Positions 9,337-18,540 of a stretch of DNA of 64,000 bases are shown piece after piece. The notes beneath the pieces were generated by a model that made no database searches, was not told the DNA's origin, and saw nothing but the letters and a program-made list of their open reading frames with translations. The stretch spans positions 192,001 to 256,000 of the forward strand of contig CAVVHS010000006.1 in the NCBI GenBank assembly GCA_963748215.1, read 5' to 3'. Source of the DNA: an uncultured Gammaproteobacteria bacterium. GTDB lineage: Bacteria; Pseudomonadota; Gammaproteobacteria; UBA9214. The translations under genes were made by a program, and so were the position numbers. How positions within the stretch are numbered: the first letter of the stretch is position 1; the number at the start of each line of letters is the position of its first letter.

Positions 9337-9802
9337 CGTGAAAGGTGGAAGGGAAACGTGAAACGTGAAACGTGAAATGGCCACGGAATCCACGGAAGAA
9401 CACGAAAAAATTATGTTCGGGCGTAGGGTGCGTTTTACGCACCGACGACGGTGCACGGAGTGCACCCTACACCGTCCATTGGGGCCAGGAGCGCATCTCA
9501 TGGCCATCCCCGCACATGGCCCAGGCCAGCCTCACGGAATGACACGAGACGTGAAACGTGAGACGTGAAAGGTGAAATAGCCACGGAATCCACGGAACAA
9601 CACAGAAATATAAACGCAGGAATATTTTGTAGGAGCGCATCTCATGCGCGATAGATAATGGCCACGGCATGACACATAACGAACATCAGCATTCCGTGTG
9701 CTTCCGTGTGGTTCCGTGGCTATGATCCTTATCAGAAATGACCGTGGAAGCTTACGGAATGACACGAGACGTGAAGCGTGAAAAATGAAATGGCCACGGA
9801 AT
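9337..9802. repeat. Composite repeat cluster 1: (GTGAAAC)n heptamers, CCACGGAA 9-nt-period motifs, REP doublet 9423-9470, second-family REP 9629-9651
   Basis: GTAGGGTGCGTTTTACGCACC..GGTGCACGGAGTGCACCCTAC; GTAGGAGCGCATCTCATGCGCGA; GGCCACGGAATCCACGGAA; modules recur at 16.9 and 26 kb. Confidence 0.9.
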
Positions 9803-9886
9803 TCAATTACCAGGCATTAGTGCTGATCCGGTGTGCGGGATGCATACTGCACTGACAGGCACTAACGGCTGGCGCGAAGAGCGAAC

Positions 9887-11830
9887 ATGTCCGACATCAC
9901 CGGTCTGCTGAGCGATACCGGGCCGCTGGCCGCGCATGTGCCGGGTTTCGCGCCACGCGCGGAGCAGCAGCAGATGGCCGAGGCGGTGGCCGAGGCCATC
10001 GCCGGCCGTGGCAGGCTCATCGTCGAGGCGGGCACCGGTACCGGCAAGACCTTTGCCTACCTGATGCCGGTGCTGCGGGCCAAACGCAAGGTCATCATCT
10101 CCACCGGCACGCGTCACCTGCAGGACCAGTTGTATGGCAAGGACCTGCCGGTGGTGCGCGCCGCACTCGGCGCGCCGCTGCATGGCGCGCTGCTCAAGGG
10201 GCGCACCAATTACCTGTGCCTACACCGGCTGGAAACCGCAGCGACCGACGGCCGGCAGTTCAGTGGCCGGCAGCTTCACGAACTCGAGCAGGTGCGTGCC
10301 TGGGCGGGACGCACGCCGCACGGCGACATCGCCGAACTCGGCCTGGTGCCCGAAGACTCGCCGCTTTGGCCGCGCGTGACCTCGACCGCGGAGAACTGCC
10401 TGGGCCAGGAATGCGAGCATTTCCAGGAGTGTTTCGTCATCAAGGCGCGCCGCAATGCGCTGGAGGCGGATGTGGTGGTGATCAACCATCACCTGCTGTT
10501 CGCGGACATGGTGCTGAAGGAGGAGGGCTTCGGCGAGCTGTTGCCGGGCGCCGATGCCTTCATCATCGACGAGGCGCACCAGCTGCCCGAGGTCGCCTCG
10601 GTGTTTTTCGGCATCACCCTGAGCAGTCACCAGCTGCGCGATCTCGCGCGCGACGTGCGTATGGAGCACCTGCGCGAGGCCGGTGACATGCAGGACCTGC
10701 CGGAGGCCACGGAGCGGCTCGAGGGCCTGGCGCACCGCCTGCGCCTGGCCCTCGGCCAGCAGGACCGGCGCGCCGCCTGGTCGGAGGTCGCCGGCGACGT
10801 GCGTGTACAGGACGTACTGGAGGAACTGGCCGCGGCGCTTACGCAGCTGGCCGACTGGCTGGTGCCGGCGGCCGAGCGAGGCAAGGGGCTGGACAACTGT
10901 CGCCAGCGCGCGGTGCTGCTGCGCGACCGACTCGCACAGCTGATGGGTCACGAGGCCGGTGAGTACATTCACTGGTTCGAGACCCTGCATACCTCGTTCC
11001 GCCTCAACCTGACGCCGCTCAACATCGCGCCGCCGTTCCGCAACTGCCTCGACAACCTGGCCAGCGCCTGGGTGTTTACCTCGGCCACGCTGGCCGTGGG
11101 CGACAGCTTCGCGCATTTCGCCGCGCAACTTGGACTGGAGGATGCGCGCACGCTCAAACTGGACAGCCCGTTCGATTATGCACGCAATGCGCTGCTTTAC
11201 CTGCCGGATGGCATGCCGGACCCGAATGCGCCGCACTACAGCGATGCCGTGGTGGAGTGCGCCCGCCAGGTGCTCGCCGCCAGCGGCGGGCGTGCCTTCC
11301 TGTTGTTCACCAGTCACTACGCGCTGCGCGCCGCAGCCAGGCAACTGGAACACGACTGCCCTTACCCGCTGCTGGTACAGGGCACGGCGCCACGCCGCGA
11401 ACTGCTGGAGCGTTTCCGGCAACTCGGCAATGCCGTGCTGCTCGGGACCAGCAGTTTCTGGGAGGGCGTCGACGTGCGTGGCGAGGCCTTGTCCTGCGTC
11501 ATCATCGACAAGCTGCCGTTCGGCTCACCTGGCGACCCGGTGCTGCAGGCGCGCATCGAGGCCCTGCGCAGGCAGGGCGTGAACCCGTTCATGGCCTACC
11601 AGTTGCCGAACGCGGTCATCACCCTCAAGCAGGGTATCGGGCGCCTGATCCGCGATCACACCGACCGCGGCGTGCTGGTGTTGTGCGATCCGCGCCTGCG
11701 CAGCAAATCCTATGGCCGGGTGTTTCTGCGCAGCCTGCCGAACATGCCGCGCATCCACGACGTCGGAGCGATCCATGAATTCTTTGCCGGCGTTGCTGCG
11801 TCGCACGCCGAGCCGCTGGTGGCCGACTGA
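9887..11830 (+). CDS. yoaA: ATP-dependent DNA helicase YoaA/DinG family
   Basis: EAGTGTGKT, DEAH box, Fe-S cysteines (NYLC, NCLGQEC..FQECF), SFWEGVDV, KQGIGRLIR. Confidence 0.92.
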   Translation: MSDITGLLSDTGPLAAHVPGFAPRAEQQQMAEAVAEAIAGRGRLIVEAGTGTGKTFAYLMPVLRAKRKVIISTGTRHLQDQLYGKDLPVVRAALGAPLHGALLKGRTNYLCLHRLETAATDGRQFSGRQLHELEQVRAWAGRTPHGDIAELGLVPEDSPLWPRVTSTAENCLGQECEHFQECFVIKARRNALEADVVVINHHLLFADMVLKEEGFGELLPGADAFIIDEAHQLPEVASVFFGITLSSHQLRDLARDVRMEHLREAGDMQDLPEATERLEGLAHRLRLALGQQDRRAAWSEVAGDVRVQDVLEELAAALTQLADWLVPAAERGKGLDNCRQRAVLLRDRLAQLMGHEAGEYIHWFETLHTSFRLNLTPLNIAPPFRNCLDNLASAWVFTSATLAVGDSFAHFAAQLGLEDARTLKLDSPFDYARNALLYLPDGMPDPNAPHYSDAVVECARQVLAASGGRAFLLFTSHYALRAAARQLEHDCPYPLLVQGTAPRRELLERFRQLGNAVLLGTSSFWEGVDVRGEALSCVIIDKLPFGSPGDPVLQARIEALRRQGVNPFMAYQLPNAVITLKQGIGRLIRDHTDRGVLVLCDPRLRSKSYGRVFLRSLPNMPRIHDVGAIHEFFAGVAASHAEPLVAD

Positions 11831-11831
11831 C

Positions 11832-12521
11832 ATGGCCACGCGCATCCTCGCCATCGAGACGGCGACCGCCGCCTGTTCCGCCGCACTGGCGGTCGACGGC
11901 GAGGTGCTGGAACGCTATGCGCTGGCGCCGCGCCAGCACGCGACACTGATCCTGCCCATGATCGAATCGCTGCTGGTGGAGGCCGGCCTCACGGTGACGC
12001 AGCTCGATGCCATTGCCTTCGGGCGCGGCCCCGGTTCGTTTACCGGGGTGCGTATCGCGGCCAGTATCGTGCAGGGCATCGCCTTCGCGGCCGGACGCCC
12101 GGTGGTGCCGGTATCGACGCTGGCAGCGCTGGCACTGGGTGCGCAACGCGAGAGCGGCGGTAGCGCCGTCCTGGCCGCACTGGATGCACGCCGGGACGAG
12201 GTGTACTGGGGTGCCTACCTGAGCGACGCCGCAGGCTTGTTGCAACTGCAGGGCGAGGAGGTGGTGCGTGCGCCGGAAATGGTCGAAGTGCCGGCGGCCG
12301 GCGACTGGATTGCCGCGGGCAGCGGCTGGGAGGCCTACGGTGCACGCCTGATGCCGCGGCTGGACGCACGGGTGGTGCGTGTGCTGCCCGACCTGGAACC
12401 GCGTGCCGCCGATGTCGCGCGGCTCGCACGCTCCGCCTTCACGCGGGGTCAGACGGTCGCCCCGGAGCAGGCCATCCCTGTCTACCTGCGCAACGACGTG
12501 GCCGACGTGAAGCGGGCGTAG
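11832..12521 (+). CDS. tsaB: tRNA t6A biosynthesis protein TsaB
   Basis: ILAIETATAACSAAL, GPGSFTGVRI, LDARRDEVY, PVYLR. Confidence 0.95.
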   Translation: MATRILAIETATAACSAALAVDGEVLERYALAPRQHATLILPMIESLLVEAGLTVTQLDAIAFGRGPGSFTGVRIAASIVQGIAFAAGRPVVPVSTLAALALGAQRESGGSAVLAALDARRDEVYWGAYLSDAAGLLQLQGEEVVRAPEMVEVPAAGDWIAAGSGWEAYGARLMPRLDARVVRVLPDLEPRAADVARLARSAFTRGQTVAPEQAIPVYLRNDVADVKRA

Positions 12522-12593
12522 TCTATAGCCCGGGCCGAGCGGCAACGAAAACCGGCATGACGCCACCGAAAAAAACCGTTCATATTTGTTGTG

Positions 12594-12607
12594 TTGATAC
12601 ACATCAA
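12594..12607. promoter_or_regulatory. FNR/Anr-type box upstream of usp gene
   Basis: TTGAT-ACAC-ATCAA, exact consensus; TAGCTT at 12630-12635 fits class II spacing. Confidence 0.75.
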
Positions 12608-12689
12608 GGCATCGTGCGTGTACATAAAATAGCTTCAGACTGTCGGCTCACGGCATCGTGATGGATGTGTCTGTCAAGGAGTCTCCATA

Positions 12690-13133
12690 GTGAAAAATAT
12701 ACTCGTGGCCATCGATGACATCGAAACCACGACCATTGCGTCACCCCTGATACAACGAACCCTGGAACTGGCAGGCGCCTTTTCGAGCCAGGTATGGCTG
12801 GTGCACATTGTGGCGCGCACGCGCGAATCCGTACCCTTCAATGTCGATAGCAAGGTGCTGCGGAACGAGGGTGCCGCCGAGCTGGGCAAGGAACACGAGT
12901 TTCTGCAGTCGCTGGCGCGTTGCCTGCGCGACCGGGGTGTCGAGGCGAAGGCGCTGCTCATCGAGGGTGCGACTGTGAAAACGATACTCAAGGAGTCCGA
13001 CCGGTTGGCTGTCGACCTGGTCGTGCTGGGCTGTCACCGGCATCGGGCGCCTTACGGCGTACTGACGGAATTCACGGAAGAGGGGCTGCTCGCCAATTGT
13101 ACACGACCGGTCATGTATGTTCCTGTGCAGTGA
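12690..13133 (+). CDS. Universal stress protein
   Basis: MKNILVAID, LVHI, DLVVLGCH, RPVMYVP; AAGGAG RBS. Confidence 0.9.
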   Translation: MKNILVAIDDIETTTIASPLIQRTLELAGAFSSQVWLVHIVARTRESVPFNVDSKVLRNEGAAELGKEHEFLQSLARCLRDRGVEAKALLIEGATVKTILKESDRLAVDLVVLGCHRHRAPYGVLTEFTEEGLLANCTRPVMYVPVQ

Positions 13134-13308
13134 CGGTGTTGTGCGAACGGTTGACGTCAGGGCAGATGGGCCGCGACGAAGTCAGTGTGCCTTGCCAGTC
13201 CCGTAATGTAACAGAAGCGTGTGACACGGGTAATCATGATATTTCGAAATGATTGCCGAATGTCATTGCAGGAAAATCTGATGCGCAAATGACAAGGAGG
13301 AATGCACC

Positions 13309-13521
13309 ATGACAAAGCTACGGTTTCAAATGGCTCCCGATGTCGAATTCAAGATGGATCTCGAGGTGGAAGGCATCGGCGCGGACAGTCGCGATTACGA
13401 CGTCCAGCAACACAAGACGGAAATCTACCGGGAGTTCGAGCGACGCCTGAACATCGCATTTCCTGAAGGAATCAAAATCGACAGGTTTGAATTCGGGTTA
13501 AGTCCCGAGAGCGATGGCTGA
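13309..13521 (+). CDS. Small acidic hypothetical protein (70 aa)
   Basis: Strong RBS AAGGAGG, ATG start, globular-looking composition. Confidence 0.75.
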   Translation: MTKLRFQMAPDVEFKMDLEVEGIGADSRDYDVQQHKTEIYREFERRLNIAFPEGIKIDRFEFGLSPESDG

Positions 13522-13853
13522 TCAGCGGACCAGGAGCAGGGCCGGTTACCGGTATGCGTGATCGGTACTGGCCGATCCCGGGCGTGTCGTGTATGAGTTG
13601 CCTGATAGCGGACGAATTTCCGAGAAATCTTTAACCCGTAAGCCCGGCATTATCGCTTGAACATATGAAAAATAGCGCAGAACGGACATTGATATCTGTC
13701 TGGTTGCCGCGCTGTCATGCAGAAACGATTCATGGCCCTGCAGCTGTTATGAGAAGCATCATGATATTGCTGCCAACGATTTGATAATCGGTTTGGTAGT
13801 GATTCTGTTGTCTGGAATGCAGTAAGATCCAGCAGTGAAATTTCGTCAATATA

Positions 13854-13867
13854 TTGATAGGAATCAA
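13854..13867. promoter_or_regulatory. FNR/Anr-type box upstream of DUF4395 gene
   Basis: TTGAT-AGGA-ATCAA, exact consensus; AT-rich -10-like TAAATT near 13892. Confidence 0.75.
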
Positions 13868-14015
13868 TGAATAAACCGGCCATATGGTGTTTAAATTAGA
13901 AAGTAGAAAGAATCCGCTTCAATGTTCGAAAGGGTGGATAAAGGAGTAATAAAACCACATCAGAATCAATTTGTTTTTATCAGCCTGCAACGTCAGTCAA
14001 GGGGGGGGCAATCTG

Positions 14016-14540
14016 ATGAATGCGACAACTGATACACACCATACATTCCTGACGAAGCCGTGGTGGTCTATGGGACAGGCGATGCCGGGTGAATGCGGGC
14101 CGTGCATTAATGAGACGGCAACCCGGGCAAGAGCGGGGCTACTGAATATATTGTCCGGAACAACAATATTTCTGTTACTGGCCGTGCCGGAAGTGGATCC
14201 CATTCGCTTCGTCGCACCCTTTGTGATTTTTGATATGGTGTCTGCCGCCACTTTCGGTCTGACCCCGGTTAGTCCTGCCGGTATCTTCGGTACTGCGTTA
14301 ACCATGAAGATCCGTCCGGTGTGGAAGCCGATCAAGCCGAAGCGTTTCGCCTGGACATTGGGAGCCATGCTGGGTATTTGTTGCCTTACATTCTGGATAC
14401 TGGGTATGACCGAATGGATTATTGGGGTACTGGGGGTTTGTTTTATCCTGACCTGGCTCGAGGCCGTTATGGGGTTCTGTGTAGGTTGCTGGATGTATTC
14501 CCTGTTGTTTAAATGCGAAGTATGTCAATTGAATCACTGA
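14016..14540 (+). CDS. DUF4395-family membrane protein
   Basis: NETATRARAG, PKRFAW, LEAVMGFCVGCWMY; several TM segments. Confidence 0.8.
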   Translation: MNATTDTHHTFLTKPWWSMGQAMPGECGPCINETATRARAGLLNILSGTTIFLLLAVPEVDPIRFVAPFVIFDMVSAATFGLTPVSPAGIFGTALTMKIRPVWKPIKPKRFAWTLGAMLGICCLTFWILGMTEWIIGVLGVCFILTWLEAVMGFCVGCWMYSLLFKCEVCQLNH

Positions 14541-14560
14541 ACAGTCAGCGAGGAGAAGTT

Positions 14561-14797
14561 ATGGACCAGATACATCAGGTTGAAGTCGTTATCCATGTCG
14601 ATGAAGCGCTTAGTGAGGAACAGCGTGCCACCCTGATTGGCAATTTACAGAAACAGGATGGCGTGGAGAAGGCAAAGTTTACGGACGGCCGTGAACACCT
14701 CATGCTGATTGACTACGATGCCAATAAGCTGAACACAAGTGAGGTGCTTGCTTACGTCAAGCAGGAACATGTTAACGCGGAACTGATCGGTATTTAG
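14561..14797 (+). CDS. Small HMA/ferredoxin-like fold protein lacking CxxC
   Basis: AGGAG RBS; VVIHVDE...GVEKA...HLMLIDYD...HVNAELI. Confidence 0.75.
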   Translation: MDQIHQVEVVIHVDEALSEEQRATLIGNLQKQDGVEKAKFTDGREHLMLIDYDANKLNTSEVLAYVKQEHVNAELIGI

Positions 14798-14964
14798 TCT
14801 TCGACTGGACTCGGGGTGTCTGGGCTGCACTGTACTTGAAAAGCAGCCGTAATCCGGATTGGTTTACATATCTGGCGCCAGACAGCTACCATTTGATCTG
14901 GATGACGGCGGCCCCGATCATTTAACTTGCTTTTCAATCAATTCTCTAGAACAGGAGAAATCCA

Positions 14965-15195
14965 GTGGGCAGCATAGATGCAGGCGTGACTTTGCATATA
15001 GATGAAAATACCACGCACGATCAACGCGAGAGTTACCGTGACGCTTTATTGAAAATGAAAGGTGTGATGGCTGCTGCATATCACGATGACAAACCACACC
15101 TGATAGTTGTCATTTATGATCCAGGACTCGTCAAATCCATTGAGTTTGTTAATGTGGCCAGTAACCGTGGATTACATGCCGAATTGATCGCATGA
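14965..15195 (+). CDS. Paralogous small HMA/ferredoxin-like fold protein
   Basis: AGGAG RBS, GTG start; VTLHIDE...GVMAA...HLIVVIYD...LHAELI aligns with the previous ORF. Confidence 0.75.
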   Translation: MGSIDAGVTLHIDENTTHDQRESYRDALLKMKGVMAAAYHDDKPHLIVVIYDPGLVKSIEFVNVASNRGLHAELIA

Positions 15196-15479
15196 TTAAC
15201 GGGCTGATGGCGGGGCCGATTGCTCATTCAAGAAGTGCTGTCTGGCACTCTGTGAACGCAGGTCGCTATGGGGTGTGGTGGTTCAGCAGCATCTGCAAGT
15301 GAATCCATGCCGGCGACCAGCAGACATCCACCAGCGATGGTCGGATGACAGACCCTGGCCGAATACGGCCATTCCGGATCCCGGTCAGCCAGTCAGGTCG
15401 ACTCCGGGATATTGCAGCCCGGTCTGCTGTTCGCTGCCTGTGCCTTTAAGTGACACTCAACCGGCAGGGTCGCCGTGAC

Positions 15480-16136
15480 TTATTGCACCGCGCCGCTGTC
15501 CTGCAGCATGCGATAGACGGCGAGGGCGATATGTTGATAGCCCTCGGCATTGGGGTGAATGCGATCCGACTTGAGTTGCCGGTCGGATTCCACGGCGGTG
15601 ATGACCTCGCCCTCGTAGACCAGCGCGTATTGCGCGGCCAGTTCCTCATATAGATCGGCGGGCGCCAGCCCGAACAGGGTGGGTTCCGGCACCCCGAGCA
15701 GCACAACAGGGATATTACGTGCCTGTGCCTCCAGGATCATTGCCTCGAGATTCGTGCGCAGGGCGCGCGGATCAAGCCGGCGCAACAGGTCGTTGCCGCC
15801 GTGGCAGAGCACGAGCAGCGCCGGCCGGTAGCGTTCCAGCAGTGCAGGGAGTCGTTCCCGGGCACGCGCGCTGATTTCACCGGGAACACCGGCATTGATG
15901 ACCTCGCGCCCGATCAGGCGCGCCAGTACCGCCGGGTAACTCTGCGCGTGCCCGGCACCGCTTCCCGCTGTGAGGCTGTCGCCGAAGGCGAGGATAACGG
16001 CATCGGTCGGCAGCGGCAGCAGGTGCGGCGCCCGATCGCTGCATGCATTGAGGAAGAGCGCTGTGCACAGCAGCAGTGCCGCAGTTGTTTGTCGATGTGC
16101 CAGCGATGGCATGTTTGCAGGGAACATCTGATTCAC
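15480..16136 (-). CDS. SGNH/GDSL arylesterase lipoprotein
   Basis: LNAC lipobox, FGDSLT, NAGVPGE, GGND, DRIHPN; start uncertain. Confidence 0.9.
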   Translation of the reverse strand: MNQMFPANMPSLAHRQTTAALLLCTALFLNACSDRAPHLLPLPTDAVILAFGDSLTAGSGAGHAQSYPAVLARLIGREVINAGVPGEISARARERLPALLERYRPALLVLCHGGNDLLRRLDPRALRTNLEAMILEAQARNIPVVLLGVPEPTLFGLAPADLYEELAAQYALVYEGEVITAVESDRQLKSDRIHPNAEGYQHIALAVYRMLQDSGAVQ

Positions 16137-16317
16137 CAGCTACGCCACCAGTCAGGCGGAAATCCGGATAAAGGCAGGACCAGTGCAGCATCCGGAGTTG
16201 CATGCTCCTCGAACTTCCGTGTCATACCGTGAGTATCCGTGGCTGTTCTTTACAGGCGTGACGCTATCATGCACTGTCGGGTGGTTCATACTCAGCAATA
16301 ATAAACGGAGGTGGCGG

Positions 16318-16809
16318 ATGAACAGACTGGCATGGCTGCTGATACTGGTGCTGACGGTTACCACGGCACAGGCAGGGCTGGCCGGCGTGCTGCAATGGAG
16401 TACCGGGCAGGACCTGGAATCAACCTATAATAATGTTTATAAATCGCTGGAATCAAACAGGTTCTATGTTGTATTCGAGCCCAATATCGGGAATAACCTG
16501 GCCGGTTTCGCCGAGCGCTGGGGCGAGGACTATAACCGCAGCCAGTTGGATGGTATCCGCGCCATGGTGTTCTGCAACGCCTGGTATACCAACCAGATCA
16601 GCAACCTGGAGCCGCGCCTGCTGGCGACCTGCCCGCTGCACCTCACGCTTTACCGTCAGGGTGATGCGACGCACGTGGTGTTTCTGCGTCCGACGGTGGC
16701 GGGAGCCGGCAGCAAGGCCGAGGCCCTGCTGCAGGAACTGGAGACGGAGGTGACCGCCGCGGTCGAGCAGGGCCTGGCGGCCGGCAAGGTCCCGGGCAGT
16801 TCTGATTGA
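16318..16809 (+). CDS. DUF302-family periplasmic protein
   Basis: GGAGG RBS, signal peptide, MVFCN, CPLHLTLY, FLRPT. Confidence 0.78.
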   Translation: MNRLAWLLILVLTVTTAQAGLAGVLQWSTGQDLESTYNNVYKSLESNRFYVVFEPNIGNNLAGFAERWGEDYNRSQLDGIRAMVFCNAWYTNQISNLEPRLLATCPLHLTLYRQGDATHVVFLRPTVAGAGSKAEALLQELETEVTAAVEQGLAAGKVPGSSD

Positions 16810-16913
16810 TTCGTTATTCGTATTCGTAGCCGTCATTCCGGGTTTCCGCTGCGCTGTCGCGGCATGACGCCTCTGTCGACCTGTTCTGAAAAAGCGTCAC
16901 GGAAAGATTAAAC

Positions 16914-17275
16914 CGGACGTAGGGTGCGTTATACGCACCGCGAACGGTGCACGGAGTGCACCCTACAAAACAATGGCCACGGAAACCACGGAAAAACGCG
17001 GAAATATAATGTCCGGGTGTAGGGTGCGTTTTACGCACCGCGAACGGTGCACGGAGTGCACCCTACAAAAAAACAATGGCCACGGAAACCATGGAAGAAC
17101 ACGGAAATATAATGTCCGGGTGTAGGGTGCGTTTTACGCGCCGGGGAGGGTAAGCGAAGTGCCACCTGTCAGGCACGGGCGCCGACAAAAACATCCTGAA
17201 TTTGTATTTCCGTGTTATTCCGTGTGTTTCCGTGGCCATATTCTATTTCACGTTTCACACCTCATGTCTCACGTC
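16914..17275. repeat. Composite repeat cluster 2: ~100-103-bp tandem units (REP doublet + CCACGGAA module)
   Basis: REP doublets 16919-16966 and 17019-17066, half copy at 17122; inverted TTCCGTG and TTTCACG motifs at 17208-17275; lies between convergent genes. Confidence 0.92.
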
Positions 17276-17280
17276 CCGGC

Positions 17281-18540
17281 TTATTGCCACCACAGCGTAA
17301 ACACCGGCACGTAGGTGATGATGAGCAACCATATCACCATCAGCAGCAGGAACGGCAGCGCGGAATTGAACAGCATCAGCACCGGGCGCCGGAAGCGCTG
17401 ACTGGCGATGAACAGGTTGATGCCGACGGGCGGTGTGCTATAGCCGATTTCCAGGTTGGCCAGGAAGATGATACCGAGGTGAATCGGATCGATGCCGTAG
17501 CTTTTCGCGATCGGCAGGATCAATGGCACAACCACCACGGTGGCCGAGAAAATGTCCATCATGCAGCCGACGATCAGCAGGAACACATTCAGCAACATCA
17601 GGAATTGCAGCTTCGAATCGATGTGCGTTTCCATCCAGCCCAGCAGCTTCATCGGAATCTGTGCGTCGATCAGCAGGTTGGTGAGTCCCATGGCCACGCT
17701 GAGAATGATCAGGATGCTGCCGACCAGGATGGCGGCGTCGCGTAGCAGGCCCGGCAGGTGCCGGGTCAGGCTCAGTTCGCGGTGGATCACGCATTCCAGT
17801 AGCAGCACGTAGGCCGCGGTGCAGGCCGAAGCCTCGCTGATGGTGACGTAGCCGCCGAAGATGCCGAACAGCACGCCGACCGGCAGCAGCACGTCCCAGA
17901 CGCCTTCGCGCGCTGCGCTACCGAGGGTGCGCAGCGAGAAGTGGTGCCGTTGTGCACCGTCCTTGTTGCAGGCATACAGGCAGTACATGCCCAGGATCAG
18001 CATCAGCAGCAGACCCGGCACGATACCGGCCAGGAACATCTGGTCGATACTGACGCCGGCCACGATACCGTACAGCAGGATCGCCAGGCTGGGCGGGAAC
18101 AGCAGGCCCAGTGATCCGGAGGTGGTGAGCAGGCCGAGGTTGAAGCGCTCGCGGTAGCCGGCGTGCAGCAGCATCGGCATCATCAGGCCGCCGAGGGCGA
18201 GAATGGTGACACCCGAGGCACCCGAGAAGGCGGTGAAGAAGGCGCACGAGGTGAGCGTGACGGCCGCGATGCCGCCGGGTAGCCAGCCGACCAGGGCATT
18301 GAACAGCTGGATCATGCGCTGCGGGGCGCCACCTGCGGCCAGCACCACGCCGCTGAAGGTAAACAGCGGGATGGCGGCAAGGTAGGGCGACGAGGCCAGC
18401 CGGTTCAGTTCCACCGCCAGCAGCGCCGGGTCGAGACCGGCATTCCAGGTCGCCAGCAGGCTGCCGCCGGCCAGCGCAACGAACAGCGGCATGCCGAGCA
18501 GGGCCAGCGTGACCAGGGCGATGACCAGCAATACCGTCAT
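17281..18540 (-). CDS. TRAP transporter large permease (DctM)
   Basis: LAAIPLF, SGASGVT, GSLGLLFPPS, IGYSTPPVGINLF; many TMs. Confidence 0.93.
   Translation of the reverse strand: MTVLLVIALVTLALLGMPLFVALAGGSLLATWNAGLDPALLAVELNRLASSPYLAAIPLFTFSGVVLAAGGAPQRMIQLFNALVGWLPGGIAAVTLTSCAFFTAFSGASGVTILALGGLMMPMLLHAGYRERFNLGLLTTSGSLGLLFPPSLAILLYGIVAGVSIDQMFLAGIVPGLLLMLILGMYCLYACNKDGAQRHHFSLRTLGSAAREGVWDVLLPVGVLFGIFGGYVTISEASACTAAYVLLLECVIHRELSLTRHLPGLLRDAAILVGSILIILSVAMGLTNLLIDAQIPMKLLGWMETHIDSKLQFLMLLNVFLLIVGCMMDIFSATVVVVPLILPIAKSYGIDPIHLGIIFLANLEIGYSTPPVGINLFIASQRFRRPVLMLFNSALPFLLLMVIWLLIITYVPVFTLWWQ

Noticed and set aside
9365-9765. Short ORFs in the repeat clusters (also 16814-17038 and 26097-26653)
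   Set aside because: Translations of REP, heptamer and nonamer repeats that recur across clusters; no coding signals
16914-17143. CRISPR-like repeat/spacer pattern in the REP clusters (also at 26 kb)
   Set aside because: The inter-palindrome segments are themselves repeated and start with GTAG-type REPs, so BIME/REPIN-like
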